From positions 30,260-94,259 of IMG/VR virus record IMGVR_UViG_3300014208_000004: a stretch of 64,000 nucleotides of DNA; one strand, 5' to 3'. This stretch comes from a virus. The notes below the pieces were generated by a model. It did no database searches. It was not told the origin of the DNA and saw nothing but the letters and a program-made list of their open reading frames with translations. The number at the start of each line of letters is the position of its first letter. The stretch's first letter is position 1. A program made the translations under genes and the position numbers. Positions 29,435 through 40,131 of the stretch are shown here, one piece after another.

Positions 29435-30713
29435 ATGGACACACAATTAAAATATTTTTCAATGTTCACCGGCATAGAAGGATTTGGTTATGGCATCGAA
29501 CAAGCATTTAGCGATCAACAGGATGCAACGCTCAGGGAAGGGAAAGGGAGGAAAGGGAACGTTGACCAAGACGGACGGGGAAATGTTCACAGTGGATCAT
29601 TTACCCCATTATGTGTCGGATATTCCGAAATCGATCAATACGCAATCGGAATTACAACCTACAACTATCCAAAACACAAAAACTATGGTAACGCAAGAAG
29701 AATTATTCCCGAACAACTCCCAGACTTTGACCTACTCATTGGAGGCTTTCCTTGTCAAAGTTTTAGCATTGCTGGAAAGCGGGGAGGACTTGAAGATATC
29801 CGAGGGACTTTATTCTTTGAAATCGCTAGAATCTTACGGACTAAAAGACCCAAAACTTTTATCCTTGAAAACGTCAGAGGATTATTTTCGGCTGGCATCA
29901 CAGATGAGGAAGGGAACCTTATCAAAGGAACATCGGGTTTTGTTTTTAAGATCATTATTGCAACGCTTAGAGACCTGGGGTACGACATCGAATGGCAATG
30001 TATTAACAGCAAAGATCATGGAGTACCACAGAACAGAGAACGAGTATTCATTATCGGACATCTTGCAGGATCAGGTACACGAAAAATATTTCCTTTCCCC
30101 AACAGCGACCAAAAGATTATTCAAGAGGGGAATGAGCGAATTGTATCAGGAACAATCTCAACAAAAAATCAAAGTGGGCAAGTTCAATTTGATGGATCAA
30201 CAACCTTAATAATTCCAAAAGAACTTAATCCAAAATTATCTTACCCAATAACCAGGAGTTATCAAAAAGGACAATACGAGAAAAGCCGGGGAACAGTTGT
30301 AACGACAAGTCAGGCAGTAGAAATAATTGATAGGAAGGGGAATAAAAAAAACAAAAATATTGCTTCAACTGAAAGACACCTTCCAGAGCTTGAACAGTAC
30401 GAGCGGAACAAACTCCAACACCAGCGATTTAGTTTTAAATACCACACGCATAAGAAGATTGACTCCAATAGAATGTGAGAGACTTCAGGGATTCCCCGAT
30501 TGCTGGACTCAATACGGAATATTCCATGGCAAACTAAAAAAGAAAGACATAAAATTCCGGGACAAACATCCAGACCTATGGAAAGAGTGCCAGAAGATAC
30601 ACGGGGAAGACATGATACTCAGGGAAATTAGCGATTCCCAGCGTTATAAAGTATGTGGAAACGCCGTAACGACCAATGTAATCAGGGACATAATAACGGC
30701 ACTTTATTTCTAA
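29435..30713 (+). CDS. dcm: C5-cytosine methyltransferase split by a frameshift near 30370 (motifs I-VIII in 29435-30478; motif IX/X region in 30327-30713)
   Basis: FSMFTGIEG, SEID, GGFPCQSFS, ENV, PQNRER in one frame; RRLTPIECERLQGFPD and RYKVCGNAV in another. Confidence 0.85.
29484..30209 (+). CDS. alternative-frame ORF nested in dcm (candidate beta polypeptide)
   Basis: 241 stop-free codons in an AT-rich genome; ends SLSDILQDQVHEKYFLS. Confidence 0.6.
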   Translation: MVMASNKHLAINRMQRSGKGKGGKGTLTKTDGEMFTVDHLPHYVSDIPKSINTQSELQPTTIQNTKTMVTQEELFPNNSQTLTYSLEAFLVKVLALLESGEDLKISEGLYSLKSLESYGLKDPKLLSLKTSEDYFRLASQMRKGTLSKEHRVLFLRSLLQRLETWGTTSNGNVLTAKIMEYHRTENEYSLSDILQDQVHEKYFLSPTATKRLFKRGMSELYQEQSQQKIKVGKFNLMDQQP

Positions 30714-30802
30714 AATAGGACTTGACAATAAATAAGATAATTGGCTATATTACTTCCAGACAGAGGGACAATCCCAAACACACATATATAGGAGATATAG
30801 CC
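30703..30802 (+). promoter_or_regulatory. promoter/leader cassette, copy B (TTGACA 30722, TATATT 30746)
   Basis: Near-identical to the element at 19837. Confidence 0.75.
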
Positions 30803-31354
30803 ATGAAAACCGATACAGATTTTATCCTCGGAATAATAGGAACAGAAAAGATTTACATCGCCAATCCAACAAAGACAATAAACCCAACCCATACAACAAA
30901 CCATTCAGCAGATGCAAAAATATTTTACAGTGGACAGCACAACGCAAAAGAAGAACTATCCTTCTGGATAAGACGATCTGGATATAAAAATCTTGAAGTA
31001 ATTCCAATCCCAACACGTGACGATGCATTTGAAGAAGAAGTAGCAAAACACCTTGGACAAGAACTTGACAACCTTGGAGGAGGAATAAAAGGATTCTCAT
31101 TTGAGAATGAAGATGGAGAAGACCTTACATTTGGATGGGCATCATACTACCTCGGATATAGTTACTCGGATAAAGACGGAATAAATATTGCAAATGTTTA
31201 CACACACAGCATTATCATGACCGCCGAGGAAGAAGCCAACTGGATAAAGAATGTTTTGGAACAACTTCAATTTGTGAAAGAAAATTATTTTGCGCCAGAA
31301 ACAGACGATCAGGACAGTGCAGACCTTAATGCACAATATGGAGATAGAGGATAA
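30803..31354 (+). CDS. hypothetical protein
   Basis: AGGAG SD before ATG 30803. Confidence 0.65.
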   Translation: MKTDTDFILGIIGTEKIYIANPTKTINPTHTTNHSADAKIFYSGQHNAKEELSFWIRRSGYKNLEVIPIPTRDDAFEEEVAKHLGQELDNLGGGIKGFSFENEDGEDLTFGWASYYLGYSYSDKDGINIANVYTHSIIMTAEEEANWIKNVLEQLQFVKENYFAPETDDQDSADLNAQYGDRG

Positions 31355-31358
31355 TACT

Positions 31359-34300
31359 ATGAAAACAAAACATAAAGTAAAATCCCGCCCAGTGTATAAA
31401 TCTTTGATAAAAGCATTTGGAGAAGAAAGCAGAAGCCGATGGGCAATTCATTTCAGTACTATTGTGGCCGATGCAGTCAACAATGCAAAAGGAACAAAAG
31501 AACAAAAAAGGGATGCACTTAGAACGCATTTGTTAGTTGATGCTTCAGTTGGAAGAAGCGCAACAACAAAATTTATTAATCAATTGAAAAAGGACGGCAT
31601 CATTTAATAACAGGAGCAATATGGAAACGCCAACGATCAAAAAAGAATTTGACGATGTAGAAAAGTTATTAGAAACACAAAAATTTAATTCAGCAGATAA
31701 GGCATACTTGGAAGCAGTCCAAAGAACACTTGGATGGATTCTCGGTATTTACGACAGCCCAATTGATGACTATAAACGATAATGCCAGCATCAGCCGACA
31801 TAATAAATAAATATCGTTCAAAACTTGCATGGAGAAAGAACTTTCGTAACCAGACAGCCGAATGTTTGACCCGTGAAGAAATAGGACAGATGTTATCAGA
31901 ACTATTTACAGATCAAATCAAAGTTGAAATGATACCCAATAACTTTGAGATATTTGTATTCCAGCCCTATCCAGAAAAGAAACCAGACGAGCAGACAACA
32001 ATGCAGGATGAATTCCTAGTCAAAGCCGAAACAATGTTAGAGAAGATTGTCACGTATACCACGGCATCATGGACGGGTACGGAATTTATCGGAGTAGAGA
32101 ACAGTCTCATAATATCATTTGCAAAACTACCAGCGGGGAAGCAATGACAGCCATAGAACATTTACAACGAAAACTTTATAAGATTGCTATCAAACTTGAA
32201 ACCGAAGCAATATCCTATTCCGTAGTATCAGCAAAACGAGACGGCAGATATGATGAAGATGGATCATGCGAGGAATATTGTGGCAAGTGTATTGATGCAG
32301 CAGTAAAAAAAGCACGAAACAAATATCGCATTGAAAGAGAAAAAGGATTAGCGCAGATTGAAGAACTTAGAACAAACGGCTTTATTAAAGAAGGACGTAA
32401 AAAACAATATCCCGAAAAAGATTTTGATTTTAAGAAATGGGAACGACAACATCGAAAAAGATATTGCAAGCGCACATTCAAAAGCGAAGGGACTCATATT
32501 TCAGGAAGCGAGACAGACTCTTTTAGAAGTTGTAACACTTGCAATAAAATGTTTGAATATTCCATACTTCCAAACGATCAAGAATTAGAATATTGGGAAA
32601 GCCTAACAAAGAAAAATTATCTTGAATGTTTCAAAGAGCCAAGAAATGCCTATGAACTTAATAAGATACTTGACGGAGTTTGGGATGATGAATACAAAGA
32701 GAGGATTGAAGCATTAGCACATAAAATAAAAAAATACCTTTCTACAGTTCCAAAGGAAAGGAAATAGCCATGGGATTTCAACACAACAAAAACCGACCAA
32801 AAACCGACAAACCATTATCGTTTGAAAAATTTTGCATTAAAAAACTTGGAATGCCACGATGGGAAGTTCCAACAAAAAAAGATATTGTAGAAGCAATTCA
32901 CCATCTCGGAATAAATCACGCTCAGAGAACATCGGCATTGGTAGAATCAATTGCGATTCATCAGCCAGTATGGGAAGAAATGCCATCGGGAATGATAGGA
33001 TCGATCTATCCCGCAGCGGATCATGCGGATGCAACAATATTTCTTATAGGAGCATTCAATGCGGGACGGGCATTATTTTTTGATGAACACTTTCAAAAAA
33101 TAAAGGATAAAGGTGAGATAGTAATCATTGATAACGAACCAACATTTTTATTCAAAAAAATAATAGAAGACCAAATAAAAGTTTTATCAACACCAAAAGA
33201 ACACTATGTAGCCAATCCGAAACCAAAATTCAAATTTCAAAAACAACTTACCAGAGGAAAACATAATGGACAATACAATCGTTAATATTATCAAACAAAG
33301 ATTCATTGATGAACTCCATATATTTACTGCATTCCGAGACCTACCAACGGAGACATCCCAGTTGATAATTGGAGCAATTGACCAAACAGAGATTGCAGAC
33401 CTTATCCCAGGAAAGAAAGAAGTTCCAAATCTATCCTTGGATATGGATAACAAGATACTATTTGCTCAAGAGGCAGACGTACAATCCGATGGAGCAATTG
33501 GACAAGCACCGCCCAAGGCAATGAGTGAAGAATGTTTTATCCGAGTGATGAAAGTCTATCAAGACCGTGACAATGCAATGAAAGAAGAAATAGCAACATT
33601 GCAACGCCAGCACAATTGCGAAAGACAACCAGGAGAGCAATGCAAACTCGGAACCGGGGACGGACGATGTTCTATCTGTAAATTGGTAGATGGAGAAGAA
33701 CAAATTGCTGCATTAAAAATGTTGCTGGATTCCAAGATTGAACAGTTATCCTTGCAAAAAGGAAGTATTGTATTTGTACATGTTCCGCATGGACTATCTA
33801 TGGTTCAAATAAGCAAAATACACAGGATATTTTCAAATATGACAAAATATACCGAGACGAAAAACCCGGTTATTATTATTCCCGATGGAATAAAAGTTAA
33901 ACAATTTAACAATGAACAACTGCGCAAAGTAGGATTGCAGCACATCCCAGAAATCCAATATGGATTGAAGGAGCAAACAGCAAGGTATCTCAGAAAGAAA
34001 TATGAAGCCGATCCAATGTACCCAACAATAGATTTTGACGAATGGTTAGTTGATTACATTCATAACATTGGGAAGTAGGGCAACGAATGCCACCACAAAC
34101 CAGTTTGATAGAGCAATTATTCAATTTAGCATTATATCTTGGATTCACATTTCTTGTTATTCGAACAGCAAGCAATATTCAAAAGGATTACGAGGAGAAG
34201 AAAAAAAAGAAAGCAGGAAAGAGCCATGGCAGAAAAACCAGATAAAGAATACGCATCAATGCAGAGAGCTCAGAGGGATGCAATAAAGAAGTTGAAGCAG

Positions 34301-35867
34301 AACGGTTACCGACAGGCAAATGTAGCAGTATGTTTGAACTGTAAACACTCAGGGCAAATGTCAATTGAGGATGTATTGACCTGCAGCCTATTATCAAATA
34401 TTGAATGGACTGTTAATACAGTTGATGGATTGCACGTATGTAACAAATACGAACCAAAAATCTAAGAAAGGATCAGTTATGTTCATCGATACCCACACGC
34501 TATATGGTATTATAATAATACTTGCAATTGCACTTCTGGCCAATATTCTTTATGCGATAAGCAGAAAAGAACTAATAATAGGATACGAGAAAAAAATCCT
34601 TGACTTAGCAGAAGACAACAAAAAAAATGATGGAGAATATTCCCGGATACATCACAAATTGGCGATGATGAGAGATTTATATCTTTGGGAACGCTATCCA
34701 GATTACAGAGGAATGCTGATAGGCTTTCCATTAAAAGTATTGATAATGTTGGAACGATATATCCTAGAACTACAGCGAGAATTATCAGAAGCAAGGCAAT
34801 CCAACACTAACGAATATAGAAAATCTATTTTATCGGAAAATGAACAATACAAACAATCCTTCAAGTTGTATCACAATGCAATCAGATCATTGAATAATCG
34901 ATGGAAAGAAGAACACCCGGACTTTGAAGGTCATCCAGATACGGCCACAGTAGCAAAATGGGCAAGTGAAATAATTGATGGAAGTAAACTCACATTAAAC
35001 GATCCAAAATTAATGTATGAATATATACTTGCAAAAAGTATGTTTACAGAAGAACAGTTATTAAATTTGCTGGGAGAAAAGTATCAGCAGAGAACATCGG
35101 ATGCATTAACGCCGGACGAAGAAAGAGAATTGAAAGAATTAAGAGAACTTCTAAAAAATTCCAATGTTATTATGTTTGGCTATCAACAAGATAGATTAAG
35201 ACAACTTCAATACAAGAAATATAAATACATTAATCCCGATCCCCAGAGCAGTGCAGACTTGAACACTCACAACCACGCCGTAACCATCTTTCAAAGATTT
35301 AAAGAACGATGGAATAATCTTGTATCCAACAACCAAGTCAATATAGATCGAGAAGTTATTAGGCAGATTGAAATAGGACTGATGGAATATGCAATCACAC
35401 TAAAAGCCAAAGGAGTAATTTAATATTATGGACAAACTACAATTACAATTAGCAAACGCCGACACTGAATTATTTAACGGTAATCAATGCCTTATATTCA
35501 GAGAGCCAGTAACAATATCCTACATAAAACAAAGTGATTTATGAAAACATTCTATATTCAACCAAACTCATAAGAAAGGATGGATAATATGTGGATTTAT
35601 ATAATAATACTCATTTCACAAACATGGACAAGCCAAACAATTCCTTGTCCTAAAGGATTAAAAGATTGTAACACGATCCATACAGTGACACATTCGAAAG
35701 AGGATACTGTAACGATTGAAAAATATTGCGAACTGCAGGATGCAACCAATAGATATAAAGATTTGAACAGCAATCTTAATTGGTATAATGGCCATTATTA
35801 TAATAAAAGAGCTAAAAAAATAGATTTTAATATTACTATCCTTGATTCAGTATTTATCAATAAGTAG
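31359..35867 (+). CDS. cluster of about 10 hypothetical accessory genes (31359-31607, 31621-31782, 31782-32147, 32144-32767, 32770-33285, 33266-34078, 34087-34245, 34226-34465, 34479-35423, 35580-35867)
   Basis: Tightly packed + strand ORFs; several Cys-rich (32144, 34226) or with a TM/signal segment (34087, 34479, 35580). Confidence 0.55.
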
Positions 35868-36121
35868 TAAATAAGAATAATAGTCTAGACTAAATTATGC
35901 TTATATGCACAACTTTTAATAAAGAGCAATATTAACAATTGGAACATTTCAGATAGCGAAAATTCACAAAAATAAAAGATTTTCCAAGTCACGCCGATCA
36001 TTCAGAAAAATTCTACAAACAAAAGTGTTTTCCAGGGCAGAGAAATGAATAATGATTTACCAATGTATTTTCAATTTTGTTAGTATTTTTAATTTAGATA
36101 TATTAAAAATCATTAAGCATA

Positions 36122-36697
36122 ATGCCAATCCTTCATAGGGAAAACAAAATGAAAAAATGTAAGTTTTGTGGAATATCTTTTAATGCAAAAGGCACAAAAA
36201 TAACATGTTCGATGGAATGTTCAAAGAAATACAACGAAGAATTATCAAAGATACAAAAGAGAATTTGCGTATTTTGCGGATCACCTTTTGAAGTTTCAGG
36301 AAAATCTATTAGTAATACTTGTTCATTTACTTGCGGATTTTTATTTGGGAGGAGAAAATCACTAGAATCTCAAGGCAAATACAAAGAAGCAAAAGCAGTC
36401 AGATTATTAACAATACAAGAAATTGCATATGGGAAACATAAACAGGAAGCAAGACGTAGACCAGGAATAGGAACAAAACTAACATTGCAGGAATTTATAA
36501 ATTTTTGGCAAAAAGATTGCACCTATTGCGGAGATAAGATTGAAACAATAGGATTAGATAGAATTAACAGTGATGTAGGATATATTAAAGGGAATGTAGT
36601 GCCTTGTTGCAAACATTGTAATTGGATGAAAAATAAAAACTCACCAGAATTTTTCCTAAACCATTGCAAGAAAGTTGCTAACCATTCATCGAAATAA
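36122..36697 (+). CDS. HNH endonuclease with two N-terminal CxxC...CSxxC zinc fingers
   Basis: CTYCG, GLDRINSDVGY..GNVVPCCKHCNWMK. Confidence 0.85.
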   Translation: MPILHRENKMKKCKFCGISFNAKGTKITCSMECSKKYNEELSKIQKRICVFCGSPFEVSGKSISNTCSFTCGFLFGRRKSLESQGKYKEAKAVRLLTIQEIAYGKHKQEARRRPGIGTKLTLQEFINFWQKDCTYCGDKIETIGLDRINSDVGYIKGNVVPCCKHCNWMKNKNSPEFFLNHCKKVANHSSK

Positions 36698-36770
36698 TCA
36701 TTTGACTCAAACAGGAATATTAGTAAATTACAGCCACAGAATAACACGAATAATAACAGGAGACAGCCCC

Positions 36771-38101
36771 ATGATTAAAATAACCAAGAAGCAATTAGCC
36801 GAGATCCAAAAGTATTCCAAAGAACTCAAATTGAATTATCCAAAATTATTCTTGCTAACCGAGGATAGAAATCTTTCAATCCTTACCTTATCGATGATAA
36901 GCCCACCACAATACAATAATCTGTATTTTTATAACCAGCAACTCAATACGCTTCAGATGAACCTAATGAGACTGGACTACATGCTAACCAAGTTCAATTT
37001 AAGACTTGGTATCCATTCACAATCAAAAAAACCTCATAGACGGTACGGATCACTGGAGAAACTTCCAGGAGCATTTTCAGACCTTATTTGTTTTACTCCA
37101 AAATATACCGCCAAAGATGATTTAGAGAAAATAACCTTGGATTTATTTCTTGCAGCAAGCGAGGAAATACTCAAAAACACCAGCACGAGGAGAAAGAAAT
37201 GAGTAATCCAATTATAATATCGGATAGGGAAAAAGAGATTGAAGAAGCCGTACAATCCGAATGGTTCCAAGAACAGGGGAAAAGATGGGAAGCATTGACA
37301 GCCGATGGATGGGTAATTGCAAGAGGAGACCATTTATCAAACGAAGTAGGGCTGAGTATGCAAACTGTTTATTATAGCCATGGAGTATCCATACGACTCC
37401 AAAAAGACAAACTAACAGTAAAAGAGATTTATACATTTCTTTTAGAATTTTGCGAGAACCACGCCAAAATGCATAAGGATAAATAAAAATGAAAACCCCA
37501 GTTGAAGAAATCCAGAAGACCGCCCAACAATTCCCAGTAGGGAAATACAAAAGAATATTGCACGAGGAACAAGATTTTGAAATACTGAAATATTACACCG
37601 AACAACGGGGAGCCGATGGAGCCGATGTTGAAGTAAAAACCCATATCCTTGGACAACAGGCTATCAGTATTTACGCATTATGGAGAATGGTAGATTGCCA
37701 TTCCTTCAAACCAGTCCCGCAACTAGACAGCACCAGCCCAGTCTACAACGAAGTGAAGATAACAATTGGAGAACAACTCTTTCAATTCAATTCATTTGAA
37801 GACTGGGTAAACCATGCAACCCGCCGATACGAAAATGCAGAAACCAATAGCCAGCGATCCATCGCAATTGACAAAGTAGGAAGGATAGTTGACTCAGGCC
37901 GAGAATTTATGAGAGCACGGGACGAGAACGCATTCCCAGTGATAGTATATCGGAAAATAATATAAGAGGATAACAATGGAAAATTATATTTGGGTATTCG
38001 ATGCAGAAAAAGGGGAATTGGTTCAAAGGGAAATGGAACCTAATCAGCCCAAGCCAGAAGAAATATCATTAGAGCCATTCCTTAAAGAAGGATTTTTTTA
38101 A
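36771..38101 (+). CDS. four hypothetical proteins (36771-37202, 37199-37486, 37489-37965, 37976-38101)
   Basis: Coupled + strand ORFs with SDs. Confidence 0.55.
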
Positions 38102-38400
38102 TGCCAACCGAACCAATTGAAGTCCAGCGATCCCGTAAGAAAGGATATCGCCAACCATCACATACAAAATATGTTGGACGAGGAACGGTATATGGCAATC
38201 CATTCAAAGTCAGTGATAAGATAACGCCACGAACAGCAGTAAAGCTATACAAGAGATATTTGAAATTACAACTAAAAGCAGACCCGGAATTTTTAGAACA
38301 ATTGAGAGGATATAATCTCAGTTGCTTTTGCCCAATCGGAAATCATTGCCACCGTCAAATACTTTTAGAACTTGCAAACAGACCCAAGGCAACGGAATGA
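38101..38400 (+). CDS. DUF4326-family protein
   Basis: YVGRGTVYGNPF, LRGYNLSCFC, CHRQILLELAN. Confidence 0.85.
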   Translation: MPTEPIEVQRSRKKGYRQPSHTKYVGRGTVYGNPFKVSDKITPRTAVKLYKRYLKLQLKADPEFLEQLRGYNLSCFCPIGNHCHRQILLELANRPKATE

Positions 38401-39022
38401 AGCATATCCCGCCGTATATCGTAACACCGAGCCAACAAAAACTATTGGACTCATTCCGAAATAAGGTAAAACAATTTGCAAATGATGAATTGACACGGGA
38501 CGAGATATTAGCCGAGGAAAAAATCCTTACTGATGCAAAGATTGAACAAGGGGAAATAGTAAAAGTTTATATGAAAGTAGAACAATCGATGCACACAATG
38601 CCATGCTCATTAACATTGGGAGTAATAAATCGGGGAGGGAAGACTCCCAGCCGATCAGGAGAAACATATCCAAGTAATGAAGACAATTACACACGAACAA
38701 AGGAAGACAACCAATGAAGAACCTTGCTGATGAATTTATCCCAATAGTCCAACGTTGTGCAAAGTGCAATAAGATTTATTATGCACCTAAACAAGTAAGC
38801 ATGTGCCCTTGCTTCCTAGGTGAAAGGGCATGGGTAAAACAAATAGCCAATATTGTAGGGATGAAAGTAGCAGAGGAATGTTTACACTCCACGGGATTCC
38901 AAGAATTTATCGAAAATGAATACATGGGATTTTGGAAAACAATGGTAAGAATTGGGGAACCATGCAGAACAGATTTTACACCTATTCCTTCAGAAACTAT
39001 TTTTAGAAAGTATTTCAGATGA
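38397..39022 (+). CDS. two hypothetical proteins (38397-38717, 38714-39022)
   Basis: ATGA overlaps; the second has CxxC/CPC. Confidence 0.5.
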
Positions 39023-39522
39023 TTGACCTAAGTAAGATTACACCCGACAACATACGAGCACTATCTTGGAAGCAACCATACGGCATGTTGATGTTACCGC
39101 CGTTCAACAAGATTGAAACCCGTTCATGGGATACTCAATGGAGGGGATACGTTTTAATGTGTGCAAGTAAAAAGGACTATTCAATCACAACAGTTGAAAG
39201 CATTTCAGGGGAGAAACAAACAGCACGGATTATTAAAATCCTAACTGAAAAAGTGATAGAGCACGAACTAAAAACAGGACAAACAAGAACCGACATTGAA
39301 AAAGAAATATTTCACAACGGACACGCCATTGCAGTAGGGAGACTTGTCAATAGTGAATATATGTTGAAAGACCACGAGCAACGAGCATACGTTGAACATC
39401 ATTATTATCTTTGGTCACACATTTACGAAGATGTAACACCAATACAGCCCTTCCCATTCAAAGGATCGCTAGGATTCAAAAAGCTCACAACGGAAGACAT
39501 TGCAAAGATAAAACTACTATGA
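39019..39522 (+). CDS. ASCH-domain protein
   Basis: ALSWKQPYG...KIETRSW.T.WRG.VLMCA, PFKGSLGF. Confidence 0.85.
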   Translation: MIDLSKITPDNIRALSWKQPYGMLMLPPFNKIETRSWDTQWRGYVLMCASKKDYSITTVESISGEKQTARIIKILTEKVIEHELKTGQTRTDIEKEIFHNGHAIAVGRLVNSEYMLKDHEQRAYVEHHYYLWSHIYEDVTPIQPFPFKGSLGFKKLTTEDIAKIKLL

Positions 39523-39765
39523 CCGACACACCCAAGAACCTACAGCAATTCATACGGCAATCAGGGGAGACCCGTTTCAAAATGGAGATAGTAGCCATTG
39601 AGGATGAATTCATTGAACTGGAAATATACCCCGAGTACGTCCCAGACAATAAATTCAAAGCAGTCATTGAAGCAAACGAACTTCATTCAGCGATACTCTA
39701 TCAGTTCAAAAGAATAATGATGAAGCACATTAAGAAGCCAGGAAAATTCAATTCAAAGAACTTAT

Positions 39766-40131
39766 ATGCAGGAAGCAAAGCCAGCCTTGACAAGCATCGA
39801 ACTTAAAACAATCATTGAGAGTTATTCGTATACCTTCAGCAACGAGATCCAATTGCAGGATGGAATAAAGAAGGTATTCGATATAAACTCAGTCCAATAT
39901 GAGAGAGAAAAAAACTATGGAAATAATCGGATAGACTTTGTACATTCTACCATCGCAATAGAGATAAAGACAAAACAATCCAGCACACACATTATGCAGC
40001 AACTAGACCGATACGCAAGGATCGATACAATAACCGAACTCATTCTCATAACCACGAGAAGAACGCATCAGGTTCCAACCGCATTAAACAATAAACCAAT
40101 AACCACAATCCTAATAAATTCCAGCCTATGA
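39766..40131 (+). CDS. PD-(D/E)XK nuclease
   Basis: NEIQLQ, YERE, RIDF, AIEIK, QLDRY. Confidence 0.75.
   Translation: MQEAKPALTSIELKTIIESYSYTFSNEIQLQDGIKKVFDINSVQYEREKNYGNNRIDFVHSTIAIEIKTKQSSTHIMQQLDRYARIDTITELILITTRRTHQVPTALNNKPITTILINSSL

Noticed and set aside
31310-35266. Short shared peptide SADLN (CAGTGCAGAC) in two accessory genes
   Set aside because: About 10-bp match only, compatible with chance.
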